64,000 nt of DNA from Histomonas meleagridis 2922-C6/04-290x (taxonomy: Eukaryota; Protista; Parabasalia). This document shows positions 24,245 through 37,045 of this stretch, one piece after another. Both the position numbers and the translations under genes were made by a program. The DNA is taken from NCBI GenBank assembly GCA_020184695.1, contig JAANOX010000117.1:186001-250000 (forward strand). The letters are read 5' to 3'. The notes under the pieces are model-generated. The model was not told the origin of the DNA, made no database searches, and saw nothing but the letters and a program-made list of their open reading frames with translations. Numbering within the stretch: the stretch's first letter is position 1; every line of letters starts with the position of its first letter.

Positions 24245-24756
24245 TGACATAATAATACAAAACACACGTAAATGTATTTGGAAAATATGAATGGATTAAA
24301 CATAATGAATTCATTGGCAAAAATATTTTTAATGATAGAACAGAAAGTTTTAACAAATAAACGATATTTGAAAGACAGAAAAATATCTTTTTCTGGAAAT
24401 ATTAAAAACCAAATCAATTTTTTTAATATGAGAAATATTTCAAACATCGCGTGTATAATGTAAAAATTATTTGAAAATAATCCTTATCATATAATGAATT
24501 TAAATGAAAAGATTGTTTGAAGTAATTCAATACAGAAGGAAAGAATCACATTTTCGAAAATTACTTTGCATAAATAATGTGAAAATGTATAAAATTCATT
24601 AACTAACATGAAAAATATTTAATAGATACTCAAAGTTACAATACAAAGTTTTGATTTTTTTTCCAATTGTTTTAAACTAAATAAGAAATATAAAAAAACA
24701 TAAAAATTAACCAGAAATCATATAAAATATTATGAAAGCTTTAACATTGAAAACTA

Positions 24757-26098
24757 CCCTGATGTCTTTCCAATTCGCGATTTTTACGACCGTTAAAAAC
24801 CGTTTCTCTCAATATGAATACTTTCTGTCTGAAAGAAAATTAATGAATAAATGTTTTATTCATAGATTGACCAAGATTCTTGGATTATATTGGGTTGCAG
24901 GTGTTCCCATGCCCAAACCATGCATTGTGCTTGTAATTTGGTAAATTTTTTTTCATTGTTTTGATTGTACTCTTTTCGAAACAGATAACGTGCTGTAGCC
25001 TTCAAACACCCGAAGACCCTTCGATCTAATGGTTGAAATTCATCAGTCATACCGGGTGGTATGAAATATAATTTAATCTTCAGAGTTTCTGCCAAATCGA
25101 TAATTGATTGACATTTGTGGGCTTTATATGAGTCAAGTAACAAAAAGTATAGGATATTCGTCATTGAAGTGTTGCCGGAGGAACAGTAAATACTCATAAA
25201 ACGTTTCCTCAGTGGTCCATCCGTTTTTCTGAGTGGGTGGACATGTGAGGTGAAACATCACCAATTTGTGTTGTTTCTACAAGATCACTCTTTCCTTTTT
25301 GCTAGAGAGTAAAGGGGAATTTTGGTTCCATCTGAACGTATGCTCGCCAGGACAGTTATCGATGCCTTCGGTGAAGAATTTAAGTTGATCGATATTCCAT
25401 CAGATCTTTTTTCTGCCCAAGTTACCATACCATTTGGAAAACACTTCCAGCATGTTTCATTTACATTGACAATTCTACTATGATCAACAGAAGTAAGAAG
25501 GTTTTGTATTGTATCGATCCAATTAGATTTTTCTTTATCAGTCACATTTGGTCTCCTTTGAGGATGTAAAACTCTAGAAGAGAGATGGTTTCTCTTCTTA
25601 AAATCTGCGATAAATTGGAGAAAAACTAAAAAATCTTTCGTTTCTCTAAAATTAGTTATATCTTGATATTTTGTTAGATATGCATTCATAGCGATTATTA
25701 TGAAGTCTTCATTGGTAAATACAAAACTTGGTTGTAAAAAACAATCGACAATAAAATCCTTAATTGATTGTTCTTCTATGTCTGTAAATATCCTATGACC
25801 ACTTCCATGATCATTATTCCATGGTCTCCAAGCAGGATTATGCTTTAATTTATCTTTCCAGGATCTTAGTGTGGAATCAGGAATTTTACTTGTTTGTGCA
25901 ATCTTAGAAATTCTTGGGTATCCTCTTGAAATTTGAGTTATAACACATTCGAGCATTGGCCTTTTTTTGTAATTCGTGTAGTCTTTATGGGGTTTTCCTG
26001 GAAATATATTGCTGTGCATAGTGGCCACACTAGGCCGTTTACTATTTTTTGAATACTATAAACGGTCGTAAAAATCGCGAATTGGAAAGACATCAGGG
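24757..26098 (-). mobile_element. Tc1/mariner-superfamily (pogo-like, DDE_1) DNA transposon, copy 1
   Basis: Perfect 38-bp TIRs CCCTGATGTCTTTCCAATTCGCGATTTTTACGACCGTT, flanked by TA at 24755-24756 and 26099-26100; encloses a transposase. Confidence 0.92.
24856..26019 (-). pseudogene. pogo-like transposase with three +1 homopolymer frameshifts and Asn at the first catalytic Asp
   Basis: HTH-like N-terminus (IPDSTLRSWK), IVNVNETCW (DET in copy 2), KASITVLASI, LLLDSYKAH, IPPGMTDEFQPLDRRVFG. Extra bases in A/T runs between about 25140 and 25300. Confidence 0.82.
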
Positions 26099-26122
26099 TA
26101 TTTTGTAATATACATTTATTCT

Positions 26123-26800
26123 TTATTTAAACAACGGTTTTGATTTAGTTTTTGGCCCATGTTTTGGCTTCTTAATTCTGATCTTCACAGTTCTATTCAA
26201 AAACGACCCCTGTACATTTAACACCGAGTGATTCGACTTCGCAATGAGCGAATTTAAGACGTTTTGTTTTTGTGGGTTGTTATGTGCAATTTCTTTTTTT
26301 GGATCTCTGTAATGAACTCTTTTTACCATTATTTGATCGTTTACTTCATAGTCATCTGGTGGCTCCATGTGATTTATACCTAAATCAAAGCTAAGTTTGA
26401 GTATTGTTTTTTGATAATCACTATGAATATAATTAAGTTCTTCTAACATCATTGGAACAATAGATGTATCTATTGCCATTGCTAAAGGCAAAATAAGTTT
26501 TATCGTTGATAATATTTGTCGATATTCATTCTCTGGAAGTGGATCTTCAATCATATTTTTATTTTGTCTGAAAACAGAAAACATAACTGCAACTTGTAGC
26601 AGGACTGCTTTAACCTTATGGATTGTTGGCGGTATTTGAATTAAATCATTATTTTCTAATAATAAATTTGAATAAGAACCATATGCTTCACAAAATGGTC
26701 TAACATACGATGTGTAAATTGCGGATACAGATTCATTATTACTTAATGAAATGTGTATTTTTTGTTTTAATTCATCTATTGTTTTTGGGATCTGTTCCAT
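26123..26800 (-). CDS. Hypothetical protein
   Basis: 225-aa ATG-initiated ORF with normal coding composition; no motif recognised. Confidence 0.7.
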   Translation of the reverse strand: MEQIPKTIDELKQKIHISLSNNESVSAIYTSYVRPFCEAYGSYSNLLLENNDLIQIPPTIHKVKAVLLQVAVMFSVFRQNKNMIEDPLPENEYRQILSTIKLILPLAMAIDTSIVPMMLEELNYIHSDYQKTILKLSFDLGINHMEPPDDYEVNDQIMVKRVHYRDPKKEIAHNNPQKQNVLNSLIAKSNHSVLNVQGSFLNRTVKIRIKKPKHGPKTKSKPLFK

Positions 26801-27011
26801 TACTTTTATTTCACATCAAATGTCTATTCACATGTTAAAAATATTTACCCTTTTAAAGGGTAATTCCTCAGAGCCCGCCAAAATCGATCAAATAAAACTG
26901 AAAAATAATTTTCTGAGTGTGACATTTTTCTTTTTTCTCAAAAAATATGGCAAAAACAAATTGTTGTTCATATTTTACATAACGTATATTATCTTGAGCG
27001 CAATTCTATAT

Positions 27012-29057
27012 TTACCGCCCAATTCTTGTAAGTAAACGCGAGCTTAGTAATATTCCCGTGGGTTCTTCATTTGTTGGCATGTTCATGTTTACAGCAGCAA
27101 CTCTCTGAGACAATTGATCCATCAATGAGCGAATTGGTGGTTTCGACAACCCAGAAGTTGGCATAATGTTTCCATTTCCTAACTTAGTTTCCAATGGTTT
27201 CCTGATTTCCATATGCATTCTCTGCGCTTCCTGGAACTTTTGCTTGAGAATCCTTGTTGCTTCTCCAGCAGGTGTCACAGGTCTGTTCGCATCAGCAGAA
27301 AATGTTGTTTTACGTGCAGAAACAGGAACAAATGGATATCGCGAAGTAATAGTATGTTCGATATCTGTAATCGTTGTATCTTCATTTTTATCTTCATTTT
27401 CAGTAACTGGTTCAACAGGTGTTTGTTTTGTGGTCTCTTCTTCTTTAACAGGTTTCGGAGGAACACTAATAGTTATTGGTGGAACAGGAATCGATTCCTC
27501 ATTTGAGTTTTGATTTAAATTACGTATAACATTTTGTTGAAGTGAAATTTGTTGTTGTGCTATTTGAAGTTTTCCTTTTAATGCCAAATTTTCCAATTCC
27601 AATATTTTCATTCTTTCCACTGTTTCAACCATTGATGACGAAGTTTTAGGTCTACGCTTTCCACATTCTGCAACAAATTGTTTGATTTTATTATCAATTT
27701 GTGAATTGAAATCAGAATTTGATATTCTTTGCAATGCAAGTAATTGCTGTTTTGTATCATTTTCAGATTGAACTGAATGTAACTCCTGGTCAAGCATTGT
27801 CTGTAACGCATTTTTATGATTAACAAATGGCTGTTGAATAGATTTTTGGAATGTTTCAACAACTGCCATATTTCCTCCTTGTGCTTGTAAGATCTGAATT
27901 TGTTCTCTAAGTTCAGCAATCATTTTCGGATATTGAGAAATCCGTGCTTTAACATTTAGAGTATTCCGTGTAACATTAGTTCTGATGTTTTTAGTTTTGT
28001 TTGCATATTGAAGGGTGCTAAAAGTGTCGTCGTACGTTAAATATGACGACGATACACAACTCAAACAAACGGTTTTACAATTCCCTCCAAGAGAATCCTT
28101 CAGCAAACGAGTGAGCTTTGATTGACGGAATGGAATGAATGAACTTTGCGTACATAATGCATTAATACAATTAGAAAGTGCAAGAAGGGAACAATTAATT
28201 TTTGCACTTTCTCGAAGCCTGATCCCAGTGTTTGAAGTGGCGCGTTCGCTTCCAGCAAGATCAATAAGACTAAGCTTGCCAACCGGATGTGATGAACTAA
28301 CGCCAGGAAGATCATCACAATTCTCAACTTCGATCTGACAAACTGCATGGGAACGTGAAGAAACAGGATTAGATTCAGTTTGTGCTTGAGTACGTCTGTT
28401 GTTTCCAATTTGAATAAGTTCGAGAACTTCTTCTGTGCTCTCTGGATAACAAAATGATAGACCAGTAACCGATATTCCTTTCTTTGGATCTTCAACAATT
28501 TTGAGCTCTTTTGATGGGTCATCTGATGGTTTAAGAAGGTCTCTAATTTGCTCATTGTAGATCTCGAGATATGACATCTTAAGCTTAGGACGACGTCCAC
28601 CTTGTTGTTCAAGTGTTGTAAATATGCACTCTACAGAGCGTGCCATTATTCCAGGATTTTCAGAGTTACCGGCCATTGAAAATGTTTTACCTGATCCTGT
28701 AGCACCATATGCAAATACGGTACAATTGATTCCATCAAGAAGTCCACCTCGTTCAGGAAAAATTGCGTTCTTTACAACCTCGAAAACATCTTCTTGAGTG
28801 GAATTTGGACCCAATACTTTGTCAAATCCGAAATGTAAATTTTTTGCTCTTGATTGAGATGTTTGTAAAAATGTTTGTTTACGAGTTCTTTCTCCTGGTG
28901 GATCAAATATTAATACGCGGTCATCAACAACATCAATTAAGCTTCCTTGAACCGCAGATAATTCTCTTTGATTTTGTGGTCTAACACGCACAACAACGGT
29001 GATTCTGGTTCCTGCATCACGTGTTGCTGATGGCGCTGTTCGAGATCTCAATGCCAT
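27012..29057 (-). CDS. Kinesin motor protein, kinesin-8 (KIF18/Kip3-like)
   Basis: FAYGATGSGKTFSM P-loop, SSRSHAV, LSLIDLAGSER, INCSLLALSNCINAL, IPFRQSKLTRLLKDSLGGNCKT; N-terminal motor followed by coiled coil. Confidence 0.92.
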   Translation of the reverse strand: MALRSRTAPSATRDAGTRITVVVRVRPQNQRELSAVQGSLIDVVDDRVLIFDPPGERTRKQTFLQTSQSRAKNLHFGFDKVLGPNSTQEDVFEVVKNAIFPERGGLLDGINCTVFAYGATGSGKTFSMAGNSENPGIMARSVECIFTTLEQQGGRRPKLKMSYLEIYNEQIRDLLKPSDDPSKELKIVEDPKKGISVTGLSFCYPESTEEVLELIQIGNNRRTQAQTESNPVSSRSHAVCQIEVENCDDLPGVSSSHPVGKLSLIDLAGSERATSNTGIRLRESAKINCSLLALSNCINALCTQSSFIPFRQSKLTRLLKDSLGGNCKTVCLSCVSSSYLTYDDTFSTLQYANKTKNIRTNVTRNTLNVKARISQYPKMIAELREQIQILQAQGGNMAVVETFQKSIQQPFVNHKNALQTMLDQELHSVQSENDTKQQLLALQRISNSDFNSQIDNKIKQFVAECGKRRPKTSSSMVETVERMKILELENLALKGKLQIAQQQISLQQNVIRNLNQNSNEESIPVPPITISVPPKPVKEEETTKQTPVEPVTENEDKNEDTTITDIEHTITSRYPFVPVSARKTTFSADANRPVTPAGEATRILKQKFQEAQRMHMEIRKPLETKLGNGNIMPTSGLSKPPIRSLMDQLSQRVAAVNMNMPTNEEPTGILLSSRLLTRIGR

Positions 29058-29540
29058 TTTGAAAAAATTAAACGTATGTTAAACGTACGCAATTTTGTGA
29101 GAAATCAAAACTGCTTCAAACGAACATCAAGTAACTTAACGTCTTTTTTCGGAATTTCGAACATGTGTTGATTGTTGGAAGACTAATAATAATAACATCG
29201 AGAATAATATTATTTTTTTTAAGAAAAAGATTTGATCCTAATTAGGACTTAGCCTTTAACTTTCAATAAAATGTTTGTATATTTTACCAATTTAGAGATC
29301 AAAATAAAAATATCTAGTTTTATTTTCCATGCATAGAAATTCTATAACAAACCAAAAACATTCATATGTGGAATGGGGCAATAAAATTTCAAAATTATAT
29401 TAATATTCATTGATACTTCTGATTTACAAAGAAACAAATTTCATATGAAAAATTATGCCATCAAAGCTTACACATACGGATTATTAATAATATTTTCTTT
29501 TCTCCACAACAATTTTATATATTTCAGTTTATTAATAAAA

Positions 29541-31927
29541 TCAAAGACTTCCACTATGTTCTCCAGACGAGCTCATATTTGCCATTTCTTCAGCAGCCAA
29601 GAAATCGGATGAATCTGATTGATCTGCCATTATCTTGTCCAAAGATATTGATATATCGCCAATTGCTTCATTATTTTTCTCCAATTTTTTCTGATTTATT
29701 TCATCAATTTCATCACTTTTATTTTTATCCTTTTTATCGCTTTCATTCTCACTTTCATTTTCCTCATTACTATTACTATCGATACAAATCTTTGGACCAT
29801 TAATTCTTTTTGCACCAATTACAGTCATTATTTCTTGTAAATATCTCACCACCTTATTATTTTGCAAATGATATGCAATATCAATTGGTAAGAAACCTTT
29901 GTTATCCGGTATCATCGGATCAAGGCCAATGCTATATAACAACTCCATAATCGCTGTGTTATTTAACATCGCAGCTATATGCATTGCATTTCGACCATTG
30001 TTTTCTACGCATGATAAATCAACGTCAGTTTGCTCAACTAAATAATTAACTATCTTAGTATGGCCTTGTTTGATAGCTAATAAGAAAGGCGTATAACCAT
30101 AACAATCTTTCAAGTTCAGATCAACAGATTCATCTGATACTAAATCCGAAATCAATTGTAATGACCAAATCTCAATTGCTATATGTAAAGGTGTTTGATA
30201 AATATTAAAGAAACTCCAAACATGATAAAAAAATATTATTATTTTGTATATTTAAATTCATTCCGACATTCTCTTGTATATATTCAACAATTTCAATGTT
30301 TCGATATTTAGTAGCGATATGTAATGGTGTGTTACCATTAATATCTCCTTCTTCAAAGAACGTTTTAAGCCCTTTATCATTATAAAACTCAACAATGTTT
30401 TGTTGATCCCATTGAGCTGCAATATGTAATGGTGATTTCCCAAATTTATCTTTCATTTCAAGTAACTTCGGATCAAATTCATATAATACTTCAATGATTT
30501 CGATTTGCCCAAGTTGTGCTGCATAATGTATTGGCGCCCAATGTTTATAATCTTCTTCACTTAAACATTCGTTCGATGCATTCGATAACAATTCGAAGAT
30601 TTCAATGTTCTTATCAATGATCGATAATGTAACTGGTGATACACTATCGTTAGGAACAATTGATATATCTGCGTTATGTTTAATTAATAGTTTTAATGTT
30701 TCTAAACATTGGTTTTCACACGCTAAATATAATGGCGTTCGTTTTCGTTTGTCAACACAATTAATATTAACTTTATCTTTCTCATTTAAGATTATTTCAA
30801 CTATTTCATAATGATTATTCATAGATGCATAATGAAGTGGTGTTAACCCACGATCATCAGTATCATTAAGATCGATTTTAGTTAATAAGAAATTAAATAT
30901 TTCTTTGTATCCAAGTTCAGCGGCATAATGAAGTGCATTCTTAAGTTAGTTTAAAATAAATATCAAATTTGTCTTTGTCTTTGTAGATGTTATAACCTGA
31001 TTGATCAAGTAATTGAATCATGTTTAAATGTCCATTAATAGTGGCATCAATTAATGGCGTCCTTCCTTTATGATATTTCTTACGTATCATTTCTTCATTA
31101 AATGAAGGTTTAAGTGAATTGAAAAACGTCTCATTATTAGTTGAAACGATATAATGAAGAATACTAATGCCCTTTAAATGATAAAGTTGATTCATCTTTT
31201 GAAAGGCATTTGTGTTGTTGGTCGCAATAGCTATATGAAGATTCGATATGATTTCACGTGAATCTTTGGTTGGTGGAATTGAATTGGCCTCTAACAAAAA
31301 GTCGACGATTTTGTGATGTTTATGCTTGATGGCATAATGAAGAGGTGTAAAGCCAACCGAATCCTTTAACAAAAAATCGGCTCCTGATTCACGAAGTATT
31401 TTGATTATTTCAAGGTTGCCATTTAAGGCTGCAAAATGTGCAGCTGTAAATTTATTCTTATTACAACATGAGATGTTGGAAGAAATTGAACATATTTTTC
31501 TAACAATTTCCGTGTTGTTAAACTTGGCTGCATATAATAAAGGTGTATATTCACTTTTATCAACTTCTTCATATAACTCAGGACTGTTATCAAAGAACGA
31601 AAAAATTTTAATGTTTCCGCCAGCTGCTGCAAAATGAATTGCGTGTCGAAATGAAATAAAAAAACTCCAAAAATAATAAATAAACTTGGAAAAAAATTAA
31701 TAAACTTGATCTCTCGCATTTATATCAATTATTTTCTTAAAGTAGTTGAAACATTTGATGGATCCATAATATGCTGCCACCATTAAAGGTGTTGGGATAT
31801 TTAATAATAATTGTGGTGAATCTTCTGGTAATAAACCTTCAAGTGGCTTTTCGAACCTAGAAGAGGTAACGAAGGCTAAGTCATCATTTTGGATTGCTTC
31901 AAGTAGATCGCAATCTTTAAAGCGCAT
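29541..31927 (-). CDS. Long ankyrin-repeat protein; ORF fully restored by removing five 17-nt inserts and one 19- or 25-nt insert
   Basis: Most repeats are uninterrupted (DKSEYTPL, KDSVGFTPL, DDRGLTPL, DINGNTPL). Interruptions at 31705-31649 (3 inserts, giving ARDQQGRHAIH), 30964-30940 and 30234-30198 (2 inserts, giving QNNNGQTPLH). No other stop or frameshift found. Confidence 0.82.
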
Positions 31928-32120
31928 ATTTTATAAACGCACGTTAATCATATAAACTATTCAATTCATTCCAGCTTTTGATTTTGTTCAAAATAAACGG
32001 TTTCGGCCGTTATAATTATCAGGTCAAATGTACTTATAGGAGTCACCCAACATGTTAACCGGTTGCATTTTTTGTCAAATTCAATTGATTGAATTATTTT
32101 TGTCAAATTAAATTGGAGAA

Positions 32121-33995
32121 ATGCAAAAGGAGAACTCCAGCAACGAAAACGAAATCAACAAGAATCAATCGAAATATTTAGATTCACTTGTTAAAATTGA
32201 ACATATAATTTTCAATTTAAATGAAAATAATCTTGATTCATCAGTACAACAAACAATGGAATTATTTGATTCTGAATTTCAAATATCATTTAATTTAATT
32301 ATAAGTAATTTGATTTACTATGCATTTTGTGCACAAAAAAATGTAATAGAAACATCCTTAAAATATTTACAAACAATTCAAGATAAAGAACAAGAAATAA
32401 ACAAAGATAATCAAAAGGTCATTGATATTTTTTTATTGCACTTGTTTTAAGAATGAGAACAACAGAATCAATTTATATCATTGAAAAAATGATTGAAGGG
32501 AAATTCTTTAATGATGAAATGGCTAATCAAATTCAAAATATTATTTATAAAACACATCAAAATTATAATGAACAGAACAAAATTAATATTCTAAATAATT
32601 CTGATGATCCATCAAAGACTGGATATGAACTTCATAAGAAGCTAATTGAAGAAGGAATTAATCCTGATGAATTAGCTAAAATAATACGATATGATGAGAT
32701 TGAAAAACTTCAAGAAAAATCAACGCAAAACGAATTTAATTTTAATCAAAATATTGAACCATCAGCTTATGAAAGGTATTCATTTATTAATGAAAAGAAT
32801 GTTACATTAATTGATTTTGCTGCATTCTTCGGATCAGTTAAATGCTTTAAATTTTTATTACTTAATGGCGCAAATGTCCAAAATACAGGAAAATATGCAG
32901 TTGCTGGTGGAAACTTAGAGATAATGCATTTATGTGAACAAAATCATTCAACGTTTGAAAAAGGATATGAAATAGCAATTAAATTCCATCAAAAAGATAT
33001 CTTTAAATATCTTTATGAGAGCAAAATCATTGGAATTAAAAATTTGGAAGAATTAGGAAAGAAATGTATTACATCTTTTAATTATAAAATATTTTTGTTC
33101 CTTCAAGAAAATGGTATGAATATTAATGATGATATTGTTAACGAATCAGCAAGAATTGGAAATTTATATCTTGTTAAACATTTTATTCAAAACAATCAAA
33201 TACCAAATAATATATTAGTATACTCTTTAGAATCAGGCAATATGCAAGTAATTAAATTACTTCTTGATCAAGGAGTTGATGTTAACGCTCGAAATATTTA
33301 TTTGTGTTATTTGAAGTTTATTTCAATAACTTTCAATTTCCAAATAATATTTGGAAATTATTTTATTTATTTGAAACACCACTTATCGTTGCATCTAAAA
33401 AAATGGTTTTATAGAAGTGGTTAAAATGCTTCTTGGGAAAGAAGGTGTTGATGTTAATGCTCAAGATATTTTTTTGTTTTGTTTGATTTTCATTTTAATA
33501 ATTTTCGGTTTTATATAAATATTTGAAATTTGTTTAAAATATTGAATAATGCACTTATTTTCGCTGCTGAATTTGGTCGTACAGGTATATTTAAATTACT
33601 TCTTGAACAAAAAGGTATTGATATAAATCATCATAATATTTTTTAGTTTTGTTTTGGATTCATTTTAATGATTTAGAGTTTCAAAGTTATGTTTTTAATA
33701 TGTTTAAATAATAATGGTCACCACTTATGATTGCTATTGAAAATGGTTGTACTGAAATGGTGAAATTACTTCTTGAACAAGATGGAATTGATACCACTAC
33801 TACGAATGTTTGTTGATATAATTTATGGTTTATTTATTTAATTATATGTTTAAAAATAATTTTTGGAATTGGTTTAAAATATTTATGAAACCTCGTGAAA
33901 TCGCTATGTATCAATTTAACCCAGAAATAATTAAATTACTCGATGATCATGAAAAAAAAGCAAATAACAAAAATGATAAGAAAAAAATTTATTAG
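32121..33995 (+). CDS. DUF3447-type ankyrin-repeat protein with four 80-nt insert clusters; two homopolymer frameshifts
   Basis: YERYSFIN..LIDFAAFFGSVKCFKFLLLN family motif. Gaps 33296-33375, 33468-33547, 33638-33717 and 33808-33887 decode to ESGE, DSEN, WRLW, MYGM. +2 T near 32428-32434 and +2 A near 33397-33403. Stop TAG at 33993-33995. Confidence 0.75.
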
Positions 33996-35252
33996 TGAGA
34001 TTTTGTGAACAAGCGTAATAATCTAAAAAATTAGTAAAGTCACATTTAGTTTCTTTTTCTTTTAAATCATAATCGATATTGGCGATAAAAAAAATGTTAT
34101 ATATGTTTTAAACCAAAAATTGTTTGTTTTGAATAAAATGTCTAAATGAGTCTTGTTAAATTATTGGTTTGACTCTTTTTTACAGTATCTATATATTTGA
34201 AATTCAAGTACTTTGTACTTCTGGAATATGTCTTGTATTATATAAAATGATAAGTAGGCTTCCAAAAAAAAACAAATATAGACAAAATTACAGTGATTAC
34301 AATTTTAAAATAATTATTTATATGATGTGTACATTTAATAAAAAATGATGTTTTTATAAATTATGATTTTTTTGTTTCAAAATTCGTATTTTAATGTTTT
34401 TGACATTTCATCTATTTATAATTTAATGATTTACATACCCACTTTTTTCCCTACAATTAGAAGAATTAAAAATTTAAAATTCATAAGAAAATTTTAGTAG
34501 GACCCGTTCAATTTGAAAACTGAAAAAAATATGCATTTTGAAAATTATAATAAAGAAAAAGCTAAAATATCAAGAACTTTATAATGGAAACAAAAGAAAG
34601 AAGTGATTTAGAATACAATAAAAATTGATTTTTTTGTAAAGTTTTTGGAGGAAAAACGTAATTATTTAAGAACGTTTTCCAGAATGAAGAAAGAATTAAA
34701 ATGATAGTAAAAGTTTTGGTAGTTCGTGAAATGAATATATTAAAGCATAAAAGAACACTAATGATTAATTGTACTCACAGCTTTGCTTGCATTTTGGTAT
34801 AAAACCGTAAATCTTGTGCGACCGTTAATGGAATGAAGAAGTCTAATTCACCTTTTTTATATCTCAATATTGTCCATCAGATTTTCCTTGATAATTGTGG
34901 GGTAATTAATACATGGTAGCTAACAAAAAGTATGGGTTGTGTCGGTATATGAACCAATCGATTATTAGTAATAACAATTGGTGGTGTCACCACTCATTGT
35001 TTTCACAACATTGAAATACGTTCCTTTGTATTTTGCTTTAAATACTTATTAGTTCATTTGGTAATTCATATTGAAAGATTATTAATTCATAAAGTATAGA
35101 TAATATTAAAATTATAACAAAAACAATTTTTTAGTTAATGTTAATTTTTATGAATGCTTAACAGCAAATAAACAGTTTCAATATTTTATAAACCCCATTA
35201 TCTCTTAATCCAAGAAAGGGTTGGTTTGATATTCAAATACAACAAATTAGAC

Positions 35253-36738
35253 AACTTTGGCATTAATATCAATATCTTTTTGTTCAAGAAGTAATTTAAC
35301 AATTTCTGTATGACCATTTTCAGATGCCCAAATAAGTGCTGTATTAAATAATTTTAATAATTTTCAAATATCATTTTGAAATAAGAAATTATTAAAATAA
35401 ATTCTAAATAAGACAAATAAATATCTTTAGCATTAACATCAATTTTTTCTTGTTTAAGAAGTAATTTAACTATTTCTGTACGACCTTTCCAAGATGCTAA
35501 AATAAGTGCTGTTTTAAATAATTTAAATAATTTCCAAATATTATTTTGAAATAATAAATTATTAAAATAAATACCTAATAAAACAAATAAATATCTTTAA
35601 CATTAATATCAATTCCTTCTTGTTTTAAAACGTATACAACAAGTTCAATATTTCTTGATCCTGCTGAAAATACCAATATATCATGCGGAATTGAATTCTC
35701 TTTAAGAAAATATTTAACTAAAGAAATATTTCCAATAATTGCTGCTTCATTAATAATATCATCATTGATTTTCATTCCTTCTTTAAGTAAAAATGAAAAT
35801 ATTTCATAATTATGATATAAAATACAAAGCTTTCCTAATTCTTCTAAATTATTAATTTCTTTTAATTTATTTTCATAAAGATATTTAAAGATATCATTTT
35901 TGTGGAACATAATTGCTGTTTTATATACTTTATCAAATGATGAATGATTTTGTTCACATAAATGAATGATTTCTTTATTTCCACATGCAACTGCATATTT
36001 ACCTGTGTTTTCTACATTTGCATTGTTCATGAGTAAATATTTAAAACATTTAACTGATCCAAAGAATGCTGAATAATCAATTAATGTAACATTTTTATGA
36101 TTAATAAATGAACATCTTTCATAAAGTGATGGTTTAATTGTTTGATTAAAATCAAAATTTGTTTGTGATGATATTTCTTGAAGTTTTTCTATTTCATCAT
36201 ATCGAATTATTTTTACAATTTCATTTGGATTATGTCCTTCTTTAATTAATTACTTATGAAGTTCAAAATCATTCTTTGAAAGTTCTTCATAATTTGGTAA
36301 AGCACTTACAAAATCATGTTCCCTTAAATGAATTGATAATTTATCTTTAGACATATAATGTACAAAATAAGCACTATGATTGTTTTTTACAATATTTGGT
36401 TCAAGAAAATTATGTTCAATCATAGCTTCAAGAAGATAAGATGATTCATCTGTATTTTTATTATTAAGAAATTGCCCAAATATATCAAATATATTGGATT
36501 TGATTTTATTACTTTCTTCAAATGCTCTTATTTCTTTTATAATATTCAAAAATAAATTTGCATTATTATTTTTTATTACAAAGGAATAATATATCATTTG
36601 AATAATAATTAAATCATAAGATAAAGGATGAATTTCATCAAAATTATTGATTATTAAACCTAAAGTTTTAGTGAAATTTTCTTCATTCAAACCAAAAATT
36701 GCTTGACTTATTGATAGAAGTGTTTCCCAGTCTCTCAT
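35253..36738 (-). pseudogene. DUF3447-type ankyrin-repeat gene with insert clusters; internal TAA and 3' truncation
   Basis: In-frame TAA at 36250-36252 (LHK*LIKEG). 80-nt gaps 35592-35513 (GIGK) and 35422-35343 (RLEN). The sequence breaks off after one further insert near 35235. Confidence 0.75.
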
Positions 36739-37045
36739 GTGGAAAATCCCTTATTGAGTGACATTTCCACCATATTCAAAAACTGGATTTCATAGATGTC
36801 ATTTTATACCAATAAAATTTAAATATTATATTAGCGGTAAAAAAATCAGTAGTTTTGACATTTATGCGATCACTTCATTTTAAATAAATACGTATCAAGG
36901 CACATATTGCAACCAAAAGTAAAACGAAAGGAAAATATCGAAAATATAGTGAATAAAATGGATTCATTAGATATTTTATCAACAGTTGATCCTAATATAG
37001 GTTTAAATACTGAACAATCATTTTCATCACTTAGCAATATGCAAT

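Noticed and set aside
32425-32441. Possible 17-nt insert ATTTTTTTATTGCACTT in the N-terminal domain of the ankyrin gene
   Set aside because: Removing only two T from the run gives KVIDIFIALVLRMRTTES, which aligns without gaps to paralogues (KVISIFTQFLLNIQTQES). A homopolymer indel is the better explanation.
33335-33359. Hairpin AATTTCCAAATA-A-TATTTGGAAATT spanning unit 3, the Gly codon and unit 4 as the processing signal
   Set aside because: It is perfect here and partial in some gaps, but absent or weak in many others (e.g. 47858, 48028) and cannot account for units 1 and 2.
33296-33375. The 80-nt gaps as in-frame hydrophobic coding segments (IYLFYLKFILII...FGNY) or a single frameshift site
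   Set aside because: Many gaps have stops early in the upstream frame (TAG 33644, TAA 47870) and late in the downstream frame. The apparent codon-like conservation is explained by the 17+3 structure.
34740-35100. Slightly GC-richer stretch with coding-like fragments on the minus strand
   Set aside because: It is interrupted by stops and has no recognisable motif; probably a pseudogene fragment.
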